62,829 bases of DNA, filler included, from Octopus bimaculoides (GCF_001194135.2; 5 parts of 5 records of this genome joined end to end with filler, not necessarily neighbours in it), one strand, 5' to 3'; numbered from the whole stretch's first letter, positions 1-11,229 are shown. Numbers and translations: made by a program. Notes: a model not told the origin generated them from the sequence alone.

Positions 1-726
1 CCAATATGTTTTTTCGGTGACGATAGCCTGAGGTATATTCACTTCATCTATCTTCTTTGCCAGGACCGCCGCCATCAACCACATAGGGTCGACTTTAGGA
101 GGGACCTTTGTTATTCGTATGTTGGCAGTCCTCATACCCATGTATATTGGTATTAGAATTAAATCTTCTGTTTCCAATGAATTTATCGAGTGCATCTGTG
201 CCGTTTCAATATTTTTTAGTTGTACCTCGATGGTACCAAATTTTTTACCTCTGGTCAGATATATGATATCCTGCCAGATGGATTTCAAACATTTTTCCAC
301 TCTCTCCTCGCTTACTCGCTCAATTCTTCTTTCTTTACAGTATGTCTTGTATATGATGGTTTTCTTTTTTTTCCGACAATAAATAATCCTCTGGGGGTTG
401 AATCTTGACAACACCGTCTTGAATAGTAATCATGTCTTTGAACATTCGTAGGTCGCTTTTGTTTGTCGACAGCTGGCGGGTTCCNNNNNNNNNNCCTTCA
501 GAAGAATCTGAAACATCTCCAAACAATAAACTTTCAATATTTTTTCCATCGGTTGACTCTTCGCCAGACGAAGATACACTATTCGGCATCTTTGCCAGCG
601 ATTAATGTCTCCCCCACAGGGGAGAACACACGATAGTCTTCGAACGAAGACTATCACACAAATAATTATAACAGGAAATAACACAAGAACAGTCAATAGA
701 AACTTGCACTTACTGTACAAACGCAC
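1..726 (-). mobile_element. ORF1 (gag-like) region of a Tx1/L1-clade LINE, running off the window edge
   Basis: The minus strand reads EKCLKSIWQDIIYLTRGKKFGTIEVQLK...YMGMRTANIRITKVPP. This aligns by eye with the ORF1 at 35885-36304 (DDIDYIARGRQYGLISVHFK...HMGKRKARVRIPK), which is linked to a Tx1-type RT. The 5' boundary is approximate. Confidence 0.65.
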
Positions 727-796
727 TCAAATAATGACTAATAGATACAAACTCACGGAGCCGCTACACCGCTAAGCACCTCAACCGGTGTCACAC

Positions 797-862
797 AGAC
801 GAAATACCGCTAAGCATTTCGCCCGGCGTGCTAACGTTTCTACCAGCTCCTCGCCACCGCCG
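797..862 (-). mobile_element. SINE family A, head only
   Basis: Reverse complement of the GGCGAGCTGGCAGAAACGTTAGCACGCCGGGCGAAATGCTTAGCGGTATTTCG head seen at 1322 and 14613. Confidence 0.85.
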
Positions 863-879
863 CCGCCTTGCTGCGTCAC

Positions 880-1255
880 CGAGAATACTGAGAATAAGAT
901 GTTGCAGGATTTTACAATCCTGTGTGATTCAGTGAGTGATGCTCGGGGAAGAGACATTGTTGTAGTTGACAAAATGATGAAGGAAACCAAATTCATAGAT
1001 ATTGCCATATCTGGGGTTGTAAGAATGAATGACAAAGAACTGGAAAAGATTGAAGAGTACAAACCACTAAAAGATGAGACTATACGAATGTGGACAATGA
1101 AGAGAGTAACTGTCATTCTAGCAGTTGGGGAGTCATCGGGCGCATTAATAACTACCAGCTTTGAGAAATTTGTTGGAGAAACTGGGATTGGCATGAGTAT
1201 AAGACATGCTTTATCGGGGACAGCAAGGATTTTGAGATTGGTACTTGGGTGTTAA
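880..1255 (+). mobile_element. R4/Dong-clade non-LTR retrotransposon, C-terminal restriction-like endonuclease (RLE) fragment
   Basis: Translation LQDFTI...DIVVVDK...FIDIAISG...EKIEEYKPLKDETIRMW...LSGTARILRLVL matches the PD-(D/E)xK RLE C-terminus pattern of R4/Dong elements. Confidence 0.8.
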
Positions 1256-1320
1256 GTATCGTGGAAAGAGAGTCTGTGAGACAAGATTGTTGTCTGTTCT
1301 TACAAAATTAGCCAGAGCAA

Positions 1321-1555
1321 AAGGCGGCGAGCTGGCAGAAACGTTAGCACGCCGGGTGAAATGCTTAGCAGTATTTCCTCTGCCGTTACGTTCTGAGTTC
1401 AAATTCCGCCAAGGTCGACTTTGCCTTTCATCCTTTCGGGGGTCGATAAATTAAGTACCAGTTACGCACTGGGGTCAATGTAATCGACTTAATCCCTTTG
1501 TCTGTCCTTGTTTGTCCCCTCTATGTTTAGCCCCTTGTGGGCAATGAAATAAGAA
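1321..1555 (+). mobile_element. tRNA-derived SINE family A, full length, with a Tx1-like 3' tail
   Basis: Head with A-box-like TGGCAGAA and B-box-like GAGTTCAAATTCC, central block GCCTTTCATCCTTTCGGGGTCGATAAATTAAGTACCAG, and tail ending GCCCCTTGTGGGCAATGAAATAAGAA. There are many copies in the window. Confidence 0.85.
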
Positions 1556-1745
1556 ACATTAGCACGCCGGGCGAAATGCTTAGCGGTATTTCGTCCGTCT
1601 GAGTTCAAATTCCGCTGACGTCGACTTTGCATTTCATCCTTTCGGGGTCGATGAATTAAGTACCAGTTTCGTACTGGGGTCGATCTAATCGACTGGGCCC
1701 TCCCACCAAAATTTCAGGTCTTGTGTCTTGAGTAGAAAAGAATTA
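1556..1745 (+). mobile_element. SINE family A, second tandem copy with the alternative tail
   Basis: Same head remnant and core directly downstream of the first copy. The tail is CCCTCCCACCAAAATTTCAGGTCTTGTG...AGTAGAAAAGAATTA. Confidence 0.85.
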
Positions 1746-2119
1746 GCCAGAGTAAGTGAAATTGAGAACTTTGAGAAGTTAGGTGATGGCAATAATAATA
1801 ATAAAACCTGCACATGTCTTTAAACTGCATCCGGTTGTGGGGTCCTGGTTCGGTAGTTCTAGGGTTTTCAGATGTGTAGAACCACCTTTGACCCACAACT
1901 GTTCCCAGGTCTACTTTGGCTTGGAGTAATAGGACCCGTCAGGGCTCCAGCTATGGGTTAACTAGTATATGCCCCGTGGGTAGGAGAAGCTCTCTAATCT
2001 TGAATGACAACTGGAACCAACAATGGCGAAGGTGTCACGCCTGGCATGTGTGCCGCTGTGAACAGAGTACGCCCAGTCGACAATCAGCCACTGCTAGCTA
2101 ACAAAGGAATGGGGAGTAA

Positions 2120-2142
2120 ATACCAGAGGCCCGTCTTGTGTA

Positions 2143-2173
<31 letters not shown>

Positions 2174-2385
2174 CTTTGTATTTGTGGTTGTGCCCTTCAC
2201 CACTTGACAACCGGTGCGTTGATGTGTTTATGTCCCTGTAACATAGCAGTTCGGCAAAAAAGACCCATACAATAACCACTTGGTTTAAAAAAAAAAAACA
2301 AGTACTAGTGTCGTTGAACTGAAATTTTTCAAGGCATTGCTCCAGCATGGCCGCAGTATAATGACTGAAACAAGTGAAAGATAAA
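2120..2385 (+). mobile_element. SINE family B 3' module with (GT)n
   Basis: CACTTGACAACCGGTG...GCTCCAGCATGGCCGCAGT...ATGACTGAAACAAGT matches the 3' modules at 13310-13480 and 45150-45310. Confidence 0.75.
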
Positions 2386-3109
2386 ATATAAGGGATATCA
2401 TGTTCCTTGATATTACTCAGAGTGACAAAACTAAATTTACAATGTTTATTCATTACAGCTAACATTCAAACAATGTATGTTAATGATATGCTATTTTCAG
2501 CCACTTAATTATAAATTCCAACAATTTTGTGTTCTGATTTCTGTTCCCCATCCCCGCAGAAATAAAAGCTTTCATTATCATTAGCGCATTAATAATGTTA
2601 GTAAGACCACTATGAGGAACGTTAATTAAAGTTGTGTAATTTGTAGACAGATAACTTGGGAAAAGCAAACAGTAATATGGTTTTGTTTTGCGGTTACCAT
2701 ATCAGGTAATAAAATACTGAAGAAACCTTTGAATTCCAAGTAAGATTAATAGGTTTCGTGTAATTTGCAATTTTTTGTCTCATAACTAAACGCTAAACCC
2801 AACATTTGGGTCAACAAGAAATTCTGATGTTATGACAATCCTGGTTTTCTGGAGATAACTGTGGCGAAATTGAAGACAGCTCGCTTCCGCTGAAGATCGA
2901 ACTTCGAAATATTGTTTCGATGAAGTTTGGAAATCATCGCGGGACATACAAAGATCGATATTGGGTTTATTAAGATAAGTATTGTGTTCATAGCAATCAG
3001 CCTTAATAGGTCACTAATTCAATAATAAATATCCTCTCACATTCAATGATTCATAATAATTAAAGAAGGAAGCGACAGACGGATGAGAGACACAGGGTAA
3101 ACATTATCG

Positions 3110-3300
3110 GTTTCAAATTTTGGCACGGGATAAATCGATTACATCGTCCCCCAATAATCAACTGGTACTCCTTTTATCGACCTCGAAAGGATGAAAAGTA
3201 AATTCGACCTCGGCGGAATTTGAATTCAGAACGCAAAGACGGACGAAATACCGCTAAGCATTTCGCCCGGCGTGTTAACGATTTTGCCAGCTCGTTGCCT
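3110..3300 (-). mobile_element. SINE family A
   Basis: Reverse complement of head, core and tail; rich in CpG. Confidence 0.85.
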
Positions 3301-3368
3301 TTACACAAGACAAACATTATTACCAACAGAAACAAACGAAAACAATAAATTACAATAAATTGATATAA

Positions 3369-3900
3369 CTAGCGGGACCCGTGAATATTTCACGGAAATG
3401 ATCGTAAACCTATCGGGTTATTTCTGAAAACTTTATCCAAAAACAAACCTGAGAGAGCGTAGACTGTGTTGTGTCTGCATCAAAAGATAGTCAGTCGTCT
3501 GCTAATCATTGAAAAGTGAAAGAAATTGGAATACGATGATTACATAATGCACTTTATGTATACACTTTACAAACTTCATGCACAATTTTATAGGCTTAAT
3601 ACACAGCACTCTCCCTCTTTCTCACTCAGTCTTCGTCTTACCCTTTTTTTCTCTCTCCTTTTTCTTTCGTTCTTCGCCTTTTCCTTCAACTAATCACGTG
3701 AAGGCGTAACAAACGGGCTAAGTAATGGAGGAAAAAGATTTAGTCCAAGAAAGAAAATTATACATTTCATTCACCACCACCTCAACCATTCTTTTGTCTA
3801 TAGATCCTTTTTGATTTCCATTTTACTCGGTTGGACCCTCACAGCTATTTAATGCTTAAAAAAAAAAACCTTATTGTATTTTTATAATTAAATATTGGGA
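3369..3900 (-). mobile_element. Probable non-autonomous Helitron-like element (3' end at 3369)
   Basis: The minus strand ends with a perfect hairpin CCGTGAA-ATA-TTCACGG, then 6 nt, then CTAG followed by T, which is the canonical Helitron 3' signature. The 5' end is not clearly defined. Confidence 0.45.
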
Positions 3901-3904
3901 ATTG

Positions 3905-4290
3905 TGTGAAGGCGCAATGGCCCAGTGGTTAGGGCAGCGGACTCGCGGTCATAAGATCGCGGTTTCGTTTGCCAGACCGGGCGTTGTGAGTGTTTATTGA
4001 GCGGAAACACCTAAAGCTCTACGAGGCTCCGGCAGGGGATGGTGGTGAACCCTGCTGTACTCTTTCACCACAACTTTCTCTCACTCTTATTTCCTGTTTC
4101 TGTTGTGCCTGTAATTCAAAGGGTCAGCTTTGTCACACTGTGTCACGCTGAATATCCCCGAGGACTACGTTAAGGGTACACGTGTCTGTGGAGTGCTCAG
4201 CCACTTGCACGTTAATTTCACGAGCAGGCTGTTCCGTTGATCGGATCAACTGGAACCCTCGACATCGTAAGCGACGGAGTGCAAGAACAA
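3905..4290 (+). mobile_element. tRNA-derived SINE family C, full length
   Basis: Head GGCGCAATGGCCCAGTGGTTAGGGCAGCGGACTC...GGTTTCG. A near-identical inverted copy lies at 56291-56668 and a partial copy at 39890-40210. Confidence 0.85.
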
Positions 4291-4294
4291 TTGG

Positions 4295-5860
4295 GAATTG
4301 TAAAAGAAAAGTTCTTTAAATGTTTTGTGTATTGTAAATGTATAACCAATTTATTACGCATATACCTTGGCAAGTACATTTTTCATATCTATAAGTTGGC
4401 AGGTCTTGTTTTTAGTGTCTTTAATAACAATATCTGGCGTTAATTGTTCGACCAATGTGTACTGGAAAGTCCCAAAGGGCGGCGATGTCGTTACTTTCAA
4501 ATACTGGTTTAGGTTGATGTTTATAGCAGCTTTTCGCATATTCAGCACCGAGGTTCTGGAGTTCAATCAAGTTTTCAGGACCAGCCTTACTCTTCTGTTG
4601 TACTCCTTTCGAATCTTTTCCTTCATTTGTGCGTGCTGAATAGCATTAGCCTCCTTAAAACCAAGATATTTTATAAGTTCCTTCTGGATTTTGTTCTTTT
4701 ACGGTTGTATCTACTTCAAGTTGACCAAATCATGTCAACTTGCTCCTTTACAAAGTTTCTTTTGCACTTTTATTGAGACCAGAATCCACACCGAAATCAT
4801 AACTGCTTTACCGTTGATAAAGGCCTTCTAATTTTTGATCAATACAAGCATACAACTTTAAATCGACCATAAGAAAAAAGAGATGGTTGATAAGTCTTTT
4901 ATAGCTGTTATTAATAAGTTTGTATCCACACATTGTGTTGTTTGGTTCATTTGAAAGAGAGAAGAGTTCTATACTGAACAAGAATGGTGACAAGGAGTCA
5001 CCGTGGAAAATTCCAGTTTATTTCCCTGTTGTTAGATTCAGGACTTCATTGCTGTGGCTAAGAAAAGAGATGCCGACTATTTCGTCATACAACGTCGGTG
5101 AAAAGCTGAGATGAGTGAAGAGATTTTGTATATCGTTTTCAACATCATGGGGAACACTGTCCAAAGCTTCGTTTCAGTTGATCCATGCAGTACTCAAATT
5201 CTTATTCGTTTTGCGAGTTTTCAAAGCTTATCCTGCTGACCAGTCTCTGATCATTACAACCCTAGAAGTAACGTTCACCACTCTCTTTATTACTGTAGCA
5301 TGTTCACATTTTCTTCGAGGAAGGTGTATTTTTTCTCTGTTAGTATCAAGGTTAGAATCTGATGAGACATGTAATGGGTCTATATAGTTCATTGCGTTCT
5401 TTTTAGTTACCGTTGTTTTGGGGAAGGAGGTAAACGGTGCCTTTCCTCAACCACTTTAAAGCTTCATTAGTCATCTGAACAATGAAGCGATTTCCTCAGG
5501 TAGTACCTTATGTACCCCTGGAAGCGCATGTAACCAGTAATTTGCTGTTTGCTCTATTCTTTGTCTTTTCCATTTATGTGCTTTACTGAAGGTCAGTTTT
5601 GGCACTCCTACTAGTAGCTATTTACGTTCTTCAACTTTATTCGGTCTTTGATATTGTCTATTAACCCAAGATATTTCTTCGCTGCATTGTTTAAGTTTTG
5701 TCAAAATGTTCTTCCAGAATTTCCAAAATTTCCAGAATTTCTCAATTTCCTTTGTGGGGTGGTTTCTTTAATTCTATTTCTTCTTTCCATAATTTTCATT
5801 GGCGCACTCGATGTTGGTCATGCAATAACTACGTAATTTTAGATCAGATGGCTTAATATA
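4295..5860 (-). mobile_element. Degenerate R4/Dong-clade LINE (RT plus RLE remnants)
   Basis: Minus-strand frames give NLSTAWIN..AFDSVPH, GIFHGDSLSPFLF, INHLFFLMVDLKLYA and, downstream, PDIVIKDTKNKTCQLIDM. There are many stops and frameshifts. Confidence 0.8.
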
Positions 5861-6323
5861 TATATATTGCCTGGCTATGTATCCGCGAAATCGAATCACC
5901 GCCACTCTTTCAACTGATTCTGTTTCTACAACCTGACTGCCGGCAAATTATGTCGGTCAACCCAAGCTAATCGCTTCAATGCATCAACGTTCGTCACCAC
6001 ACAGCGAAATCCCTCTCTATCTAAACCCACACAACACACACACACACACACATGCGCGCGCGCGCACAAACATACACACCTTCAAGATATTGTGAAATGA
6101 ACGCTGTCTTTCTTTACTTCTATTTTACTCTACCTAACCATCACATCTGTTATCTCTTTCTAAAGTAACAATAAATATTTAATGAAGTACTGATTTCGGC
6201 TCAAAATCCTTTCGTCAACTCTAGCTCATCCTCTTATTGTTACAGCTCTGTCCAATATCTCTGCAACACTACAATTCTATATGTAACTGGTAGTGAGATT
6301 TGGCTGGTATGCGGCGAACGGAC

Positions 6324-6373
6324 AGCTGTCACTGAAGAAACATAGTACGTCGAAATCACGTGATCTGACAGTT
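6324..6373 (+). ncRNA. Minimal type I hammerhead ribozyme (degenerate stem II)
   Basis: CTGTCA-CTGAAGA-aacatagtacgtc-GAAA-TCACGTGA-TC-TGACAG. It has an intact CUGANGA/GAAA core, a perfect 6-bp stem I, a palindromic stem III and an AUC cleavage triplet. Confidence 0.7.
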
Positions 6374-7024
6374 TCGGCACCCGTAGCAGACAATTATGGT
6401 CTACCAACAGTATAAATAAGTGTGATTTTAAGCATCATGTGTCCATATGAGAAGACTTCTAAAGGCGAATATCGCAATATTCAGCAATATAACAAAACAT
6501 CCGCGTTAAGTTGGACATGATGATTGCTTTTTGGTACTAATACTGCTTCTGACGCTAATAATTATTTTTCAATAAATATGTTGCTGTGTTAAAGAATCAG
6601 ATGAAGAGAGAATACGACAAGCTTTGAGCTCCTGCCAAACGTAGGCAAACAGAGTGTTATTATCCGATAGCCTGTTCTAAACTCCTTCTAACATCAAATG
6701 ACATATTTTATTGTTACTTAAAACAGACCCTCTATTTCTTAGTTGACTGAATTTATCATGTGCAATATGGCTGAATGGTTAGGAAGTTCGCTTCGCAACC
6801 GTGAAGTATTAAGTTCGATCTCACGTGGTCAAATCTTGGTCAAATACAGTTTTTGTACTCTCAGCCTGGTCCATACTTTGTGGATAAAATTGGACAGAGC
6901 GAAACAGTAGTGGAAACCCGTAATACGAAATGTACAAGTTTGTAACGCTGTGTCCCCGATTCTACCTAAGAATTACGTTAAAGATATACCTATTTCGATG
7001 GAATACTCAACAATTTATACCTTT

Positions 7025-7430
7025 TATCTTTTACTTGTTTCAGTCGTTAAACTACAACCACCTTGAAGAATGAATAAATCCCAGTACTTTTTCATTTTAA
7101 GCCTACCACTTATTCTATCGAACTCTTTTTCCGAACTGCTAGATTACGAGAACGCAAACTCACCAACACTGGTTGTCAAGTAGTGGTGAGGGACAAACAC
7201 TAATACAGAAATACACACACACTCACACTCACGCATACATACACACACACACACATACACACGCATATACGACGGACTTCTTTCGGTTTCCGTCTACCAA
7301 ATCCACTCACAAAGCTTTATTCGGTCCGTGACTATAGTAGAAGACACTTGCCCAAGGTGCTTCGCAGTGGGACTGAACTCGGAACTGTGTTGTTGGGAAG
7401 CAAATTTCTTACCACACAGATACGCCTGCG
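7025..7430 (-). mobile_element. SINE family B, full length with internal (CA)n
   Basis: Reverse complement of the head GGCGCAGGCGT...GTGGTAAGAAATTTGCTTCCCAAC...GTTCAGTCCCACTGCG, the GGTAGACGGAAAC block and the 3' module. Confidence 0.8.
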
Positions 7431-10049
7431 CCTGTCATACACAAAGTGTTCCGCTCCTTTTCTTTTTTTTTTACAGTTACTTTTACAGTTCTAATGTTTT
7501 CCAGACATGTGACATTTAACTGAGACTTTTATCGCATTTTAGAGAATAGGGTTTTCCATGTCGTTTTTATTAATTAGGTTATTAGTCTATATCTTTTGCA
7601 TTTAGATGACAAGAATATGGCCTTCAAATTTTGACGTAATGGTTATGAGTCGTCCTTTACGGATTTTACCTCTTAGTGTTTCGCAATTTTCCAGGAAACA
7701 ATCAATATTTTGATTGGTTTGCCATATTTACTATATTTTGTTGGTTTACCTATGTTGAATCATATTTGTCCGGAATTTTTGTGGTCGCGTGTGGCTCTTC
7801 AGAAATTTAGTGATTCATGGGTAGTCCACTCTTCACATCTACGCTGATAGCGACCTTCTTTTTAAACCACGTCAAGTAGATATATTTGGGTTTTTTTGTT
7901 TTGTTTTGTTTTGGGCCGAAATGGCTAGCAGATATTATTTGAGGAATACATACAAACTTAGAGACAATCTCAATTGTCATTAGTAAAATTTCTTTATATT
8001 TAGAGATAAATTTCATTAGTTCGGGGGAAACCTCTACTTCATGTTAGGATATCGTTGGTTTTATGAACAAAACGGATTTCCTTTATAGTACAATAAAACA
8101 CAAAATTTTAGCACTATTACCGGTACTAGAAATTCACTGACATAGTTTAATTATAATTCAATATATTGTGATGTGTAATACAATATAATATAACATTATT
8201 TTAATAAGAGGATATTTCTTATGTGAAACATTTTTGTTAATACATAGGAATGTGTAACATATATTCTGTGTCGAGGGGAAAGACCATTAAAGTGAAAGTT
8301 TTTCGTTTGAAAGTAGTTTACTCGCGTTCAACTAATACATATTAACATTTCTTTTGACCAAATTCCATTCCTAACTCAGGCCAGCTAGTTTCATAATCCC
8401 AAATTGCGTTGCATTGATAAGCTCCAATAAGAATGAAATAACGTTATCTGCAGCTACTAGGACACCCAAAACGAGTAAAAAATAAATTATATGGAAATAC
8501 TCTTTCATTTGTTCTCTCATTCATAAGAAAATGACATCGCATAATAATAACGCAAAAAAAAAAGAGTAATTTTTCCATCTCTTCAATTTCTTAGCAAACT
8601 CTCTTTCTTTCCGCCCCTTACTCTGAAAGTAACCGTAGAGACAGCGCCAACAGTCGCCAGTCAAATTTCACACGTGTGTGTTAAACGATGATCGATTTCT
8701 GAATGCTACACGCAATACTGATGGCAAGGTGCCCTGACGAGATGAAACATATTAGAAACTGACCCTTGGTCATCCCAACGTGATAAACAGCATGGAAACA
8801 TGACCAGAGATCCCAGAGACCAGAGACCAGAGAACTCGAGACAATTTTTATATCTTTTGTGGGTGCTTACTTCAGATCATACAAGTATGTTGAGTAGAAA
8901 TTGCTCGATTCATCTTCACACGTTATGTATTCCTATCAAAATAACGCTAAATTATTGAGTAAGAGGATTTTCCCTTACCGGTAGAAAAGAAAAAAAAAGA
9001 GATATGGTAGATCTAGGCTGATTTTGGTCGACATAATTGTGAGACAAAATGTTCGAGCATAGAAACCTGAACGGCCCTCAACGTCTGAAGATGTGAAACT
9101 GATGCAGATTATGACCTGTTGATTGGTCGTCGGCGACGAAACCACCACCTCCACCTAGATAGCCTGCTGAGGAATGTTATTAGAGACCCGGCAGAACAAA
9201 ACGCAAAAACAAAGCAAGACCTACCAAAAAGGACAGATGAACACAGAGTAGGGTCAATAACTATCTAACTGTAGTGCAGAGTGGTGAACATAGAAACTAT
9301 CTGGGATTGTGAATGGGTGCACTGAAAGACCACGTTAAAAGTAATGGATACTTTAGTTCTTGCCAGAAAATATGTAGAAGAAGGATATGGGAATATATGT
9401 CGTGCGGTAGAAAAGTTGGTCTACGTATAAAGAGATGTGAGTTCTGTGCACACTTTATTCATTACAACATTCCGGGTGTTTTGTTTTTCTTCTTTTCTTT
9501 CAATCTATAAATAACTGTCTGCAAAAAGAAAATTGGATGGCCATAAGTGGAGTATACTTTAGCAAAGTCAACATGATCAAAGCAGACCTAGAATTTAACA
9601 AAAACAAAAAAAAATCATATTTCTCACTTTGGCAGTCGGGTGGCCAAGCTAATCATTACGCTTTCGCTTCGGTATCTGTTTAACACCCGCCCTTAAGTCA
9701 AATTGGCTGACTCCCAAATGACTCTTCTTATAGGATGTCTTCCAATCGACTGTGTCCTTCTTAATTGTTTTCTAATTGGCTGGCTCCACATATAGCTATT
9801 TTCTAGTTTCCTGTCCCCCATTTGCTTGTTTCCTACTTGCCTATTTCCTAGTTGCCAGTTTCCCCATCTAGCTGTCTCCCAGTTGGCTGTCCTCCAATTG
9901 TCCTCCCTACCACTAATGCATACATTTCTTTAAACACCATCTCTACTCTCCCATGATATACCAAAATCAATTCAATGTTTGATTCTGATATCTCACGGGG
10001 ATATATTTTCCCTTTCAGTTCTATATTTAAGAGATGAGGAATTATGTAC

Positions 10050-10192
10050 ATTATTTACATCTGACGGATATTTATCCACATCTTGTTTGTTGTTAACACA
10101 ACGTTTCAGCTGATATACCCTCAAGCCTTCATCAGGTGTCTTGGGGAAATTTCGAACCTGGGTTCTCATTCCTAAGGTATTTTTCGATGTTG

Positions 10193-10234
<42 letters not shown>

Positions 10235-10270
10235 TCACTACTTGGAATCGAACTCGGAATCTTGGGATTA
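10050..10270. repeat. Interspersed repeat with Penelope-terminus-like CTGATGA...GAAACG motif (minus strand) and (ATT)n
   Basis: The minus strand reads CCTGATGAAGGCTTGAGGGTATATCAGCTGAAACGTTG. The family assignment is inferred from the motif only. Confidence 0.4.
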
Positions 10271-10737
10271 GTAGCTACGACGCTATATGAGGACAAATAT
10301 CCGTCAAATGTAAATGATGTAAATAATTTTCCCTTTCATTTCAGTTTTTTTATCCCTCACATCCTGACTATTTTCAGCAGTTTCCCTCATACACTCTGCC
10401 AAATTTAAATTAAAAACTGAATGTTGTTGAAGATCGTCTGTTCATTGTAAAAATTATTGTGACGCTGTTAACACAATAATGAATCGTTGTGTTTTCTCAT
10501 GTCCTTATAAAACAAACACATGCTAATGATTTCTAAAATAGTCTACATTGACAATATTTGTTAAACAAGGCGTATTTCAATGGTTTACACAATAATTTGA
10601 TCCGTTTATATGGTGAAATAACAAATTAGAACACTATTTATAGATTTTAAGAGTAGCTATTTTTTTTTCTAGGGTACTAGCACTCATGAAGTCGGTTACT
10701 TGGTTTCCGTGACGTGTAAGGGACTGAAATAATAGTA

Positions 10738-10782
<45 letters not shown>

Positions 10783-11180
10783 GTTGTCAAAGATCATGAA
10801 GAAAAAAATGCTTTCTAATTGATGTATCAATGCCAGCAGATGACAACGTTTCCCTAAAAGAAATGGAAAAACTTTCAAAATACAAAGACCTGGAAATAGA
10901 GGTAACTCGAATGTGGAATCTAAAAACAGAAACAATTCCTATCATAGTAGGTATAATAAAAAAAATATTCAGACAAATACATAACAAAAATACCAGGGCT
11001 TACAAATATATATAACATACAAAAAATTGCACTACTGGGCACTGCACACATCCTACGCAAAACACTTTCAATACAGTAACCATAAGAGCATCACAGCAAA
11101 CCACAGCACATACCCAAGGCACACAGAGCTGCGCTCGGTAGTGAAGTGGAAGCACGTTATAAATATAAAACTACTGAACA
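10783..11180 (+). mobile_element. 5'-truncated R4/Dong LINE (RLE end plus 3' UTR) embedded in (TAA)n
   Basis: LIDVSMPADDNVSLKEMEKLSKYKDLEIEVTRMWNLKTETIPIIVG...ALLGTAHILRKTL, flanked by (AAT)n at 10729-10782 and 11180-11230. Confidence 0.85.
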
Positions 11181-11198
11181 ACAACAATAATAATAATG

Positions 11199-11229
<31 letters not shown>

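Noticed and set aside
2883-2928. CTGAAGA...GAAA motif
   Set aside because: Stem II closing pair and stem III are not satisfied, and stem I is mismatched.
3909-3985. tRNA-like sequences at SINE heads
   Set aside because: A and B boxes are present, but there is no complete cloverleaf and each continues into a SINE body, so they are not tRNA genes.
8725-8785. CTGACGA...GAAAC-TGACC/GGTCA hairpin
   Set aside because: No stem II or stem I pairing.
10100-10140. CTGATGA...GAAAC on the minus strand
   Set aside because: A stem II-like helix is present, but there is no paired stem III/NUH or stem I. I kept it only as a repeat-terminus motif.
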